A stretch of DNA of 63,884 nucleotides from a virus (lineage: Duplodnaviria > Caudoviricetes): the IMG/VR virus record IMGVR_UViG_3300027734_000065, positions 1 through 63,884 of that record; one strand, given 5' to 3'. The notes below the pieces were generated by a model. That model saw only the letters and a program-made list of their open reading frames with translations, ran no database searches and had not been told where the DNA came from. Positions within the stretch are counted from its first letter, which is position 1. Each line of letters opens with the position of its first letter. Of the stretch, positions 36,694 to 45,664 are shown in pieces. Both the position numbers and the translations under genes were made by a program.

Positions 36694-37372
36694 CAGATTT
36701 TTCCTTTTCGTTAAAAGTTGCCTTCACGTTGGTGAAGTGAGCCAAGACCTTCTTGTAAAGGTCGTTATGTGAGCGCTTGAGGTCATCCAGTTGGCCTTGG
36801 TTGGCCTTCCAATAAGACTTCAATGCACCCATATCCTTGCAAATATCACAGTACTTGATCATCCCGTCAGCAAACAGTTCCTTGTTTGCAAGGTCTGCAT
36901 CCCCGGTTTCCACGGCCTTTTCAATGGCCTTGGTTACCATGGCCTCAACCTGTGCTGTATCGGCCTTTGTAATGACCTCTGCGTCCTGCATCGGAAGATC
37001 ATCTCCGCTGTAGATGTACAACCCAAGTCCGTGCAGAGCCAGCGCCTTGGTCATGCAACGCATGATGGCGGTGTTGACCTCAAAGGCATTGGGAGCCGGG
37101 ATGGGCTGGTTGCGGTGGTTCATCACCGGGAGCATGCAGGTCATTGGCTTTTCAAACATGGTGACGGTTACCCACACCAAGCCCGTGCCGTTTACATCCA
37201 TGTAAGGAACCTCGGTGTACTGATCACGCATGAATGTTTTGACTTCAAAGGATGCTGTTGGATCAGCCTTCAGGGCCTCTGCCCACGCCCATGCCCATGA
37301 CAGGTAGGTCAGACCATTCTTCTTTTCGGTATGGTCGTTGACGTTCAGTTTCAGCAGGTCAATCTGGTTCAT
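36680..37372 (-). CDS. Sak-like single-strand annealing protein (DUF1071/Rad52-like)
   Basis: EKKNGLTYLSWAWAW...LPVMN.RN...NTAIMRC..KA.ALHGLGLYIY.G.DLP. Confidence 0.85.
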   Translation of the reverse strand: MNQIDLLKLNVNDHTEKKNGLTYLSWAWAWAEALKADPTASFEVKTFMRDQYTEVPYMDVNGTGLVWVTVTMFEKPMTCMLPVMNHRNQPIPAPNAFEVNTAIMRCMTKALALHGLGLYIYSGDDLPMQDAEVITKADTAQVEAMVTKAIEKAVETGDADLANKELFADGMIKYCDICKDMGALKSYWKANQGQLDDLKRSHNDLYKKVLAHFTNVKATFNEKEKSDGTV

Positions 37373-37562
37373 AAATTCGCTCCATCAAAACATTCATTGG
37401 TGTGTAAACACGCTCGACCAGGTAGGCCAAACATGCGGGGCCGTCCATGTCGTACTCTTCAATCTCCACGGCCAGTTCCAGTAAGTCACTGAACACCCCA
37501 TAGACCAAGTCTTGATCTGAGGTATTTGCGTAACTCCTGACCATGGCATCGGTCAAACTCAT
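37359..37562 (-). CDS. Hypothetical protein
   Basis: GAGG RBS before ATG 37562; fills the operon gap. Confidence 0.5.
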   Translation of the reverse strand: MSLTDAMVRSYANTSDQDLVYGVFSDLLELAVEIEEYDMDGPACLAYLVERVYTPMNVLMERIYEPD

Positions 37563-37590
37563 CAAGACACCCTCACGCAAATGCGGGGCC

Positions 37591-38457
37591 TTAACCTTGG
37601 GCTTTGATTTCTCCTTGGTATTGCTCGCACCACTGGGCAACAGAGCAATAATTTCCTGTGCATCTTTTCGGTTCCGCTGGTCTTTCTTCGACATATCCTT
37701 TTTCCTTCACGGCCAGTTCATCGGCCTCTTCACGGGTTTCAAATAAACGGATGGCTGTTTTGCGGCCTTCACGTTTCACGGCAAAGACGGGGGTTGATTT
37801 CCATCTTTCTTCATCGGAGCAGAACGGCAGTTCTTCCCCAAAGTCATGGGACACCTTGGCATTGCGATGCATCTCAAGGCGTTCCCGGATATAGGTTTCG
37901 GTGGTGACTGCATCCCACAGGGGGATGTCAACCATGTCAATGGATGCCCGTGGGTATCCCTCTTTGACCTGTCTGCGGTTGAAGTCCCGAATGAAAGCAC
38001 ATATCTGAAGCTTGATGACCTTCTTGCGCTTGACGGTTTCAACAAACCACTTGTAGATGTTCAACTGCTGTTGCCATTCAACCTTCTCCTGCATGAAGGC
38101 CCAGGCGCTGGTGAACTTGTAATCGGTGATGACAACCCCCTCTGGGGTTTCCTCTTGCAGGTCGATGGCCCCGCTGATGGTCACGCCGTCCACATTCACG
38201 AACAGGCGTTCTTCATTAATGTGCTTGTCGTTAACTGCGTTTTCCATGTTGATATGGATGCCCTTGCCAATGAACTGCCAGCCCAGGTCAGTCACATCTG
38301 TTTCGATCACATCATCGTATTGTTCTCGCAACCTTCTCACTCTGGGTGGACTCATCAACTCTGTGACGCTATACTGGGATGCGCCCTTTGAGTATGTATC
38401 TTTTGACACCAATGAGACGAGGGGTGCTGGTAAACCGTACTTGTTGGTAATCTTCAT
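37591..38457 (-). CDS. PD-(D/E)XK exonuclease (RecB/Cas4-like)
   Basis: ISGAIDL...ITDYKFT...QLNIY; C-terminal Cys cluster RC..YC.V..WC. Confidence 0.8.
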   Translation of the reverse strand: MKITNKYGLPAPLVSLVSKDTYSKGASQYSVTELMSPPRVRRLREQYDDVIETDVTDLGWQFIGKGIHINMENAVNDKHINEERLFVNVDGVTISGAIDLQEETPEGVVITDYKFTSAWAFMQEKVEWQQQLNIYKWFVETVKRKKVIKLQICAFIRDFNRRQVKEGYPRASIDMVDIPLWDAVTTETYIRERLEMHRNAKVSHDFGEELPFCSDEERWKSTPVFAVKREGRKTAIRLFETREEADELAVKEKGYVEERPAEPKRCTGNYCSVAQWCEQYQGEIKAQG

Positions 38458-38477
38458 TTGCTCTCCAAAGGTTCGTT

Positions 38478-38912
38478 ATGACATTACAACGCAATGATAG
38501 CGATAGTGTTGACAGCTTACAAGCACTTTCTCAAATTATTTTTGGTGAGCCAGCCAGCAAGGCCAATTCCAGGAGGCTTGTTCACTTTGGCGGCATGTCC
38601 AGATTGATCAAGTCAGCCAAGGCTTTGAGCTATGTAGATGTGTTTAAACAGCAGTGCAGGCCATTGGCGAAGCTGATGGAGGGGGATCTGCGTGTGACCA
38701 TGTGGATCTTTTATGCCAGCCGCAGACCCGACCTGGACGAGTCCTTGATCTTGGACTTGATGCAGGGCCTTATATATGCCAATGATCGACAGGTGAAGGA
38801 GCGGCATACCTACTGGGGACTTGACCCCGATAAACCCCGCACAGAGATCCTTGTGGAATGCATCCCGGAAGTGGCTCCCAAAAAAAAGCCCCGCCGGGCA
38901 TGGCAGGGCTAA
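38478..38912 (+). CDS. RusA-like Holliday junction resolvase
   Basis: GEPASKANSR...RRPDLDE...D..QG.IY.NDRQV. Confidence 0.75.
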   Translation: MTLQRNDSDSVDSLQALSQIIFGEPASKANSRRLVHFGGMSRLIKSAKALSYVDVFKQQCRPLAKLMEGDLRVTMWIFYASRRPDLDESLILDLMQGLIYANDRQVKERHTYWGLDPDKPRTEILVECIPEVAPKKKPRRAWQG

Positions 38913-39271
38913 ATCCAGGAGGAACATCTGAAGGCCCCAGTTTACACGGAAAACTACAGGCAGCGATAACACTGCTGTAGGTTGCGTTTAAATAATATGC
39001 AGAGGTTGTTTTCGCTGTAACTATATGAATCTGTTCAAGAATATGCCACTTTTTGCAGAGTTTCACTTCCCCTTATAGGTGGGTGTTGTAGCCATTGTGC
39101 GTTAATACCCTGGTCAAAGACCCTGTCCATTCACCGCAATACCCTGTCCATTGCAGATACGCATCTGAAGTACCTGTTTTTTATTTGACGTTATTTGACT
39201 GGAGCTATACGTTTAAACGCTGTGTCATTCCAAACTGGCAGTTTCAACATACAGACACTCCGGAAACCCCA

Positions 39272-39518
39272 CCGAAATCTCCTCCCCCCTTATAGGGGGG
39301 GTGGAGGATTTCGGCGTGGAGTTTCTCCGAAAAGTGCCAAAACGGAGGATTTCGGCGTGCTATGTTTAAACGCATAAGAAATTTTATGGTGGCACAAGAT
39401 AACTTATTCCAGTGGTAACTTGGTGGTAGGTACGTCTCGGCGGGTACAAGGTACGTCTCCACGGGTACAGGTACGTCTCCACGGGTGCAAGGGGGGATAA
39501 GTAAGTAGTTATCCCCCC
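39272..39518. repeat. Palindromes plus direct repeats (candidate replication origin)
   Basis: Hairpin centred on CCCCCTTATAGGGGG; GGAGGATTTCGGCGTG x2 (39303, 39344); AGGTACGTCTC(CA/GG)CGGGT x3 (39428-39488); GGGGGGATAA..TTATCCCCCC. Confidence 0.6.
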
Positions 39519-39738
39519 TTGGAGGTTTGCTGAGTTTTTGATATGCTTGGGATTCCAAGACGCATGGGGATTGTGGTACGCCGATAACAGTGCCATCCTT
39601 GCAAGGCAGTCCCCAGCCGTGTTGGTGTAATGTGCGATAGACGAAGGACGCTTACCGTTGGGTTCGCAACGGCGCACGGGCAATAGGACATCCCACGAAA
39701 TCCTCACCCCACCAACAACCCACTAAGCAACTCAGGTA

Positions 39739-39767
39739 TTGCACAGCCTGACATTGCGTGATACAGT
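39739..39767 (+). promoter_or_regulatory. Sigma70-type promoter
   Basis: TTGCAC-17 bp-TACAGT with extended -10 TG. Confidence 0.6.
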
Positions 39768-39773
39768 GCGAAC

Positions 39774-39872
39774 ATTGTTGGAAGTGAAGAGCCAATAAGA
39801 AAGCCGTTACACATGACTCTGGCCCCGCAAGGGGTTCTTCACCGGGGTCAGTCGTAACGGCTTTTTTGTTTT
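39774..39872 (+). ncRNA. Candidate structured leader/antisense-type RNA ending in a terminator-like U tract
   Basis: AAAGCCGTTAC/GTAACGGCTTT outer stem; TGACTCTGG/CCGGGGTCA; CCCC-GCAA-GGGG; begins at the predicted transcription start. Confidence 0.5.
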
Positions 39873-40159
39873 CTACGCCCATCAATCGGACTCCATCCGA
39901 TAGAAAGAGGTCAGCCTGCCTGCGTGGAAGAACAGGGCTACACGGTAAGGTTTAAACCCGGTGCAAGTCCGTAAGAATCCGTGGGGCTGGTCGAATCTGC
40001 AAGCCTGGGGGTTTAGGAAACTAACATGCAGATGCCGTAAGGCGGTGAAACATCCCCCTCCCTGCTCCATTTTTCTTGATGGGGTAGGGGGGGTCTTTGG
40101 GTGAAATTAAGTAAAGTCAGACAACAGGCCCCTCAAGGGGCCGATAACAGGACGGAACA

Positions 40160-40378
40160 ATGCCAATCAAGTACAAGCCAGAAGAGGAAGATCAAGAGCC
40201 ATGCGAGGCTTGCGATGGTGTAGCCATGTATCAGGAGGCCGTCAAGCCCAAGGCAAATGGCTATGTAAGGTTCAAAATCAGATGTTTGTCTTGCTCACAC
40301 ACTGTGACAGATGAGCGGGACATCCACCTTGGATGTTCTACTTGGCCCAACTGTGATATGTATGGTTGTGGTGAATGA
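40160..40378 (+). CDS. Small Cys-rich protein
   Basis: CEAC...CLSC...C....C. Confidence 0.55.
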   Translation: MPIKYKPEEEDQEPCEACDGVAMYQEAVKPKANGYVRFKIRCLSCSHTVTDERDIHLGCSTWPNCDMYGCGE

Positions 40379-40815
40379 GAAAACCCTTTGACCCAGCCGC
40401 TCACCTTGCTTTTGATAAGCTTGGCAGAGATCGGGTGAAGCATTTCTTTCAGGACTCTTACGGGATTGAGTTGCAGGACAACGCAGATCCTTACGGGGTT
40501 GACCTGATTGCTTACCGGGCCGGGGTCAAGGTAGGCTACGTTGAGGTGGAGGTCAGGGAATCATGGAACGCAGATGAATTTCCCTTTGACAGTTTGCACA
40601 TCCCCGAGCGGAAGCAAAAACTGTTGGACAATGATTTGAAGACGGTGCTGGTGTCTGTCAATCTTCACGGGACACGGGCCTTCATCTGCAATGCAGAGGT
40701 CATCCTCCACTCCCCAAGAATGGAACGTGGCAACAAGCATGTAAACAGCGGCGAGTTATTCTTTTTGGTTGACCCGTCACAAGTTAAACAAGTTTTATTG
40801 AGGAACGAAACATGA
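40375..40815 (+). CDS. Putative PD-(D/E)XK-fold nuclease
   Basis: DPYGVDL.....YVEVEVR..W; H.PERK. Confidence 0.55.
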   Translation: MRKPFDPAAHLAFDKLGRDRVKHFFQDSYGIELQDNADPYGVDLIAYRAGVKVGYVEVEVRESWNADEFPFDSLHIPERKQKLLDNDLKTVLVSVNLHGTRAFICNAEVILHSPRMERGNKHVNSGELFFLVDPSQVKQVLLRNET

Positions 40816-41060
40816 GAGATTACAAAAAAGAATATGCCAACTACGATGGCACAGAGATGGTCAAGAAGAAACGGGCCGAACGCAACAAAGCACGGCGCAT
40901 CATGGAACGTGCTGGTGTGGTTAAGAAGGGAGACGGCAAAGACGTTGACCACAAAAAACCTTTGAGCAAAGGCGGCACAACGGTCATCAGCAATCTCAGA
41001 GCGAAGCCAGCTTCAGCCAACCGCTCATTTAAACGCAAGTCTGACGGCAGCATGAAATGA
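40812..41060 (+). CDS. Small HNH-like protein
   Basis: RDYKKEY...RNKARR...KGDGKDVDHKKPLSKGG...N...NR. Confidence 0.75.
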   Translation: MRDYKKEYANYDGTEMVKKKRAERNKARRIMERAGVVKKGDGKDVDHKKPLSKGGTTVISNLRAKPASANRSFKRKSDGSMK

Positions 41061-42757
41061 ACGCAGACTTCATTGACCAGTTCCACTTCAATGATTCAAC
41101 ACGGGTGACCTGCCCGTTGTGCTCACCAGAGCGCAGAAAACAAAACCAGAAAGACATGACACTGACCCGCAAACCTGACGGGGCCGTTGTCTATCACTGC
41201 CACCACTGTTATTCCAACGGGTCTATCCAACCACACAAGGAGCGTAAATTGTCTGCTGTCCCCGCCGTAAAAATCACAAGCAATAAACTGCAAGACCAGC
41301 ACTACGACTACCTTAAGACCAGAGGCATATCCCCTCAGACCGCAGATCGAATGCGATTGTTTGCCGCAGACAAATATTTCTCCCGGCTATCCAAAACCGC
41401 AGATGCAATTGGCTTCCCGTACTACCGGGACGGGGCACTGGTTTCAGCCAAGTACCGATCCTTTCCAGAGAAGGACTTCACACAAGACGCTGGCGGGGCG
41501 CATGATTTCTTTGGGCTGGACGAGGTCAAGAAGGGTGAGCCAATCATCATCGTGGAGGGCGAGATCGATTGCCTGACCCTCATGGAGATTGGTTTAAACA
41601 ACGTGGTCAGCGTTCCGGGTGGCGCACCCATCAAGGTTGCGGACGGCAAGGTTTCTGCTTCTGAGGACAAGAAGTTTGCCTTTGTGTGGAACGCCAGAGA
41701 GATCATCGAAGCGGCCCCCTATGTTGTGATCGCCACTGACCAGGACATCCCCGGACAAGCCCTGGCCGAGGAGTTGGCAAGGCGTATCGGCAAAGACAAA
41801 TGCAGGTTGGCGAAGTTCACGGGCAAGGATTTAAACGAAGTCTTCCTCAACGCCTCAGATGACTTCATGGTCGATGACCCGTCACAAGTACTGAAAGATA
41901 TTATTGACGGGGCCACCCCCTACCCCATCGCAGGGCTGTCGGATCCGAGCGTGTATGAGGATCGTTTAAACGACATGTTTGCGAAGGGCGTGGGTCGAGG
42001 CTTCAGCACCGGGTACGCATCAGTGGACAGCATTTACACGGTCGTTCCCGGTCAGATGACGGTCGTGACAGGTTACCCAAGTTCGGGCAAGTCCAACTTT
42101 GTCGATCAGGTCATGGTCAATCTGGCGAAGGCAGAGGATTGGAAGTTTGCAGTGTGTTCGTTTGAGAATGCGCCTGAGATACACATCTCCCGGCTCATGG
42201 AAATCTACATGAACAAGCGGTTCTTTGAGGGCAAAAACCGAATGAGCCAGGACGAAAAGGCGCAAGCGTTTAAATGGGTGAAGGATCATTTCCTGTTCAT
42301 TGATACCAACGGCGAAGAGCCAAGCACAATGGACTCAATCCTGGAAAGGTCAAGGGTCGCCGTCAAAAGAATGGGGGCACGGGGGCTGGTCATTGACCCG
42401 TACAACTACATTGATTTAAACAAGGATGCATCAGAAACCCAGGCCATCAGCGATATGTTGACCAGGGTTCAAAAATTCTGCAAGGCCAATGACTGCCACA
42501 CATGGTTTGTTGCCCATCCATCTAAGATCACAAGGTCAGGGGTCGAACAGCCAAGGCCAGACGGCATGTCCATCAGCGGGTCGATGGCGTGGTGGGCCAA
42601 GACTGACGTAGGGGTCACGGTGCATCGGGGCCAGGACAAGGACGTTCAAATCGCAGTATGGAAGTGCCGTCACCGCTGGGTAGGGGCACAGGGCGAGACA
42701 GTCCTACAGTTCAACCCAACCGCCGGGACGTACACCGAAACCATGGACGCCTTCTAA
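41057..42757 (+). CDS. DNA primase-helicase (Twinkle/T7 gp4-like)
   Basis: Zn finger CPLC..CHHC; TOPRIM EGEIDC...DQD..G; Walker A TGYPSSGKS; VIDPYN; VAHP; ISGS. Confidence 0.9.
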   Translation: MNADFIDQFHFNDSTRVTCPLCSPERRKQNQKDMTLTRKPDGAVVYHCHHCYSNGSIQPHKERKLSAVPAVKITSNKLQDQHYDYLKTRGISPQTADRMRLFAADKYFSRLSKTADAIGFPYYRDGALVSAKYRSFPEKDFTQDAGGAHDFFGLDEVKKGEPIIIVEGEIDCLTLMEIGLNNVVSVPGGAPIKVADGKVSASEDKKFAFVWNAREIIEAAPYVVIATDQDIPGQALAEELARRIGKDKCRLAKFTGKDLNEVFLNASDDFMVDDPSQVLKDIIDGATPYPIAGLSDPSVYEDRLNDMFAKGVGRGFSTGYASVDSIYTVVPGQMTVVTGYPSSGKSNFVDQVMVNLAKAEDWKFAVCSFENAPEIHISRLMEIYMNKRFFEGKNRMSQDEKAQAFKWVKDHFLFIDTNGEEPSTMDSILERSRVAVKRMGARGLVIDPYNYIDLNKDASETQAISDMLTRVQKFCKANDCHTWFVAHPSKITRSGVEQPRPDGMSISGSMAWWAKTDVGVTVHRGQDKDVQIAVWKCRHRWVGAQGETVLQFNPTAGTYTETMDAF

Positions 42758-42769
42758 TGTTTAAACGCA

Positions 42770-42800
42770 GGCGGCAGCTCAGAGTTTGAGCTGGCTGCCG
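42770..42800. terminator. Hairpin between convergent transcription units
   Basis: GGCGGCAGCTC-AGAGTTT-GAGCTGGCTGCC, flanked by GTTTAAAC at 42759 and 42807. Confidence 0.55.
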
Positions 42801-43007
42801 TTACTTGTTTAAACACTTGAACATGGCAGCGTGGATGTTTGGGAATTTCCCGCACAGGCGGGGGTAACGGTTGACCCCCATCTGGTAGACCTCCCACCGA
42901 TTGGTCAGGACTATGTAACGCTCGCCTGATTTAACGTGGGACGGGTCGGGGACAAGGGTAAGGCCCTTACCAACCAGGGCGGGGTTGCTAAGGGCCTTTA
43001 TAGGCAT
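42801..43007 (-). CDS. Hypothetical protein
   Basis: Last ORF of the minus-strand operon; start uncertain. Confidence 0.45.
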   Translation of the reverse strand: MPIKALSNPALVGKGLTLVPDPSHVKSGERYIVLTNRWEVYQMGVNRYPRLCGKFPNIHAAMFKCLNK

Positions 43008-43643
43008 AACAGAATCAGCACAATGACAAAAAATACCCTGGCGCAGTTGGTTCTAATCTTCTGCACCTCACGGTCGGTCAGTTGTTCTCTCATGGGGTTC
43101 CTTATAGTTGCCCGTCTCTCCGGGCCGTCACTGCCTCAACACATTCAAGTTGCAGTTACCTGTTTGCGTTCTAAACAGAGCAAGCGTTCACTGAGGACTC
43201 TGTTTAAACACATGTGTCATATGACTCACAAACACCTCAGTGAATTTCATCTTGGGTCGGTCTATTCAGGCGACAGCCCGTATAAAAGTATTCTGCCTTG
43301 AACATCCAATCCTCATGGGACATGCCATGCGAGGCGGCCATGATGGCGGCGATATGCAGGACGATACTGGCCTTCATCTCTGGGTCGTAGGGGTAGCCCA
43401 GGATCATGTGACTTAACTCGTCCAGCATGCGATTCTGGGCCTCCGTGAAGGCTTTTATTTCCTGGGGGGTGAGGTTAGACATGGTGATGCGCCAATGCCT
43501 TCTCCAGCATGGCCCTGGCCTCTGGCCCCAGTTCACGGGCGAGTTGTTGCAGGGTATGCATGTCCGCACGGCCCTTCTCAAACGTGCCGTAGTGATCGGA
43601 GAATTGGTAAGTCCAATCCATGTCTTCAAGCAGTTGTTTAAAC

Positions 43644-43928
43644 TCATTCATCTTGCTTCACCATTTCCAAAGCTTTGTCAATGCAACACATGGCCGTGTC
43701 CTTGTCCCCTTTGGTCAGCGCCGTGAGGGCATCCTCCAGAATGAACTGGAGGTTTGCAACCTCTGCCACCACTATGTTGTCGCCCCCAAATTCATCCCTG
43801 TCTGCAACCATGGCGGCCCAGGATACATAGCCCGAATCATCTGCGAATTGCTCCATCGCCTGGGCCTTGTCAAGGGCGCTCCAGTTGCCAAAGTCAGTCC
43901 AATTTGCTGAGAAGTTGTAGATTTTCAT
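43644..43928 (-). CDS. Hypothetical protein
   Basis: AAGGA RBS after the vWA gene. Confidence 0.65.
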   Translation of the reverse strand: MKIYNFSANWTDFGNWSALDKAQAMEQFADDSGYVSWAAMVADRDEFGGDNIVVAEVANLQFILEDALTALTKGDKDTAMCCIDKALEMVKQDE

Positions 43929-43939
43929 GCTTGTGTTCC

Positions 43940-45604
43940 TTATGCGGCTAATTTGATCTGACTGAATGCAACCTCACCCAACTTGGATACGTCATCGATG
44001 CATACCGACTGAGGGTAGGTATCGGATATGTCCACGCCGATCCCCACGCCTACCGTGGTCAGACCCAGGTGCTGACCCGACTTCACTTGGAGGGCGGTAG
44101 AGTAGGCCCCGCCCCCATCTGTGATCACAAAGCAAACCTTGCGTGCCTCACTACGGGCCAACAGCAACTCATGGGCGTAGCGCACGGCAAAATAGTCATT
44201 CGTTGAACCGCCACACTTCACGCCTTTGATCTCGCCCAGGGCCTTCTTCACGGGCATGGCCCAGGGCTTGAGGACGCTGGTATCGTTGGCAAAGGTCAGC
44301 ACGCAAGTGGCAACCCCGGCGGCATTGAGGGACTCCAGCAAAGCGGCCAGGGTCTTCACGGCGGGACGAATGCGATTGCCGCCACTCACTTCTTCCATTG
44401 ACCCTGATACGTCCAGCACGATCACAACAGCAGAGTCGATCCCCTCCACTTCCAGTCTGCGTTTAAACAGGCGGTCATTACCACGGGCCATCGATGGCAG
44501 GGCACGCACGTTCAAGGCCCCGGTCTTGCGCCCAGGTTGGAATTCTTCCATGCCGGACTTGTCGAATAATCTTTTGAGGTCATAGCGCATCTTGGCAGGT
44601 ACAATCACCTGTATGTCGTGGCATGGAACACCAACGTGCATGCCGGGACGGCCAAGCTTTGCGGCCTTGTCATACGTCCCGCAACCCGTTGCACCTTCCG
44701 GGATCCCTGCCTCTGGCTCAGTCTCCACGGCCTTGACCATCTCGCCCTTATGCGTGACGGGGGAGAACGCCTCTTTGGGGGCCTCTGGGGCCGCCTTGGG
44801 GGTAGGTGTACCCTGACCCTTGCCGCCCTCTTTTGAGGGGCCTTCCTGGCCTTCACCGCCGTCACCTTGGCCCTCACCGTCTGCGCCCTGGCCCTCGCTA
44901 TCTTCACCTTGGCCTTGACCTTCACCGCCGTCACCTTCACCTTGGGGAGGTTGCTTTGGGGGTTGTTGTGGGGGTTGCTTTGGCAGGGCCTTCAGTTGAT
45001 CGAACACCCACTCTGCGATTTCCATTGTGTCCCGTGTCCCAGGCAAGCCGGGGCGGCATGCGCCCATGCGGCTCACGGCCTCAACAAAAATAGAGTGCAG
45101 GGGGAGGGGCACTGGTATCGTTTGCTTTGCGTGGGGGCGGCACATAACGGCCAAGATAAAGGGGTACTGAGCGGGGTTTGACCAATCTTCAACCTGGGCC
45201 ATGGCCTCCGCAACGAACCCGTCAATCAGGCGGGAAAGTAATTGCGAACAATTGCCCGTCATGTTTAAACGAATGCACTCCGATTCGATGCGGCCATCTT
45301 CAATGCCGTTGTGCAGGGCCATGACGTACTGACGGGCGTGACGGGTTGTCACCACGTTGAAGTCGGTGAAGGCACGGTGTAAGAGTTCATGCAAGACCTT
45401 GCCACAATACCGCTCAAACACCGCCACACTGATGATTGCGTCATCAGCAACAATGGACAGTTCCATGCGCCCGTATGCGTCAATGGATGCGGTGCTGATT
45501 TGCGTCCAGCGCACGGTGACGCTTGGCAACCCCAGGGCGGCGCAGACCTTGTGGGTAAAGGTTTCAATGCCCCGCATGAATTCATAACCTCTCATTGTTT
45601 TCAT
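43940..45604 (-). CDS. CobT-like vWA domain protein with N-terminal HExxH domain
   Basis: VLHELLH...NGIEDGRIE; Gly/Glu/Gln linker; MIDAS DVSGSM...T...ITDG. Confidence 0.85.
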   Translation of the reverse strand: MKTMRGYEFMRGIETFTHKVCAALGLPSVTVRWTQISTASIDAYGRMELSIVADDAIISVAVFERYCGKVLHELLHRAFTDFNVVTTRHARQYVMALHNGIEDGRIESECIRLNMTGNCSQLLSRLIDGFVAEAMAQVEDWSNPAQYPFILAVMCRPHAKQTIPVPLPLHSIFVEAVSRMGACRPGLPGTRDTMEIAEWVFDQLKALPKQPPQQPPKQPPQGEGDGGEGQGQGEDSEGQGADGEGQGDGGEGQEGPSKEGGKGQGTPTPKAAPEAPKEAFSPVTHKGEMVKAVETEPEAGIPEGATGCGTYDKAAKLGRPGMHVGVPCHDIQVIVPAKMRYDLKRLFDKSGMEEFQPGRKTGALNVRALPSMARGNDRLFKRRLEVEGIDSAVVIVLDVSGSMEEVSGGNRIRPAVKTLAALLESLNAAGVATCVLTFANDTSVLKPWAMPVKKALGEIKGVKCGGSTNDYFAVRYAHELLLARSEARKVCFVITDGGGAYSTALQVKSGQHLGLTTVGVGIGVDISDTYPQSVCIDDVSKLGEVAFSQIKLAA

Positions 45605-45664
45605 TTTGATATTCCTGGTGAAATGATGATAGTGTTAGTGTAACGCAACCAATATCGAATTGGT

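Noticed and set aside
39428-39488. Possible mini-CRISPR array
   Set aside because: Repeats are contiguous with no unique spacers; no cas operon (the 37591 exonuclease sits in a recombination module)
39955-39975. tRNA or cobalamin riboswitch suggested by GGTGCAAGTCC
   Set aside because: No acceptor/D/anticodon cloverleaf and no GGGAA...ACTG B12-box context; kept only as part of an unassigned structure
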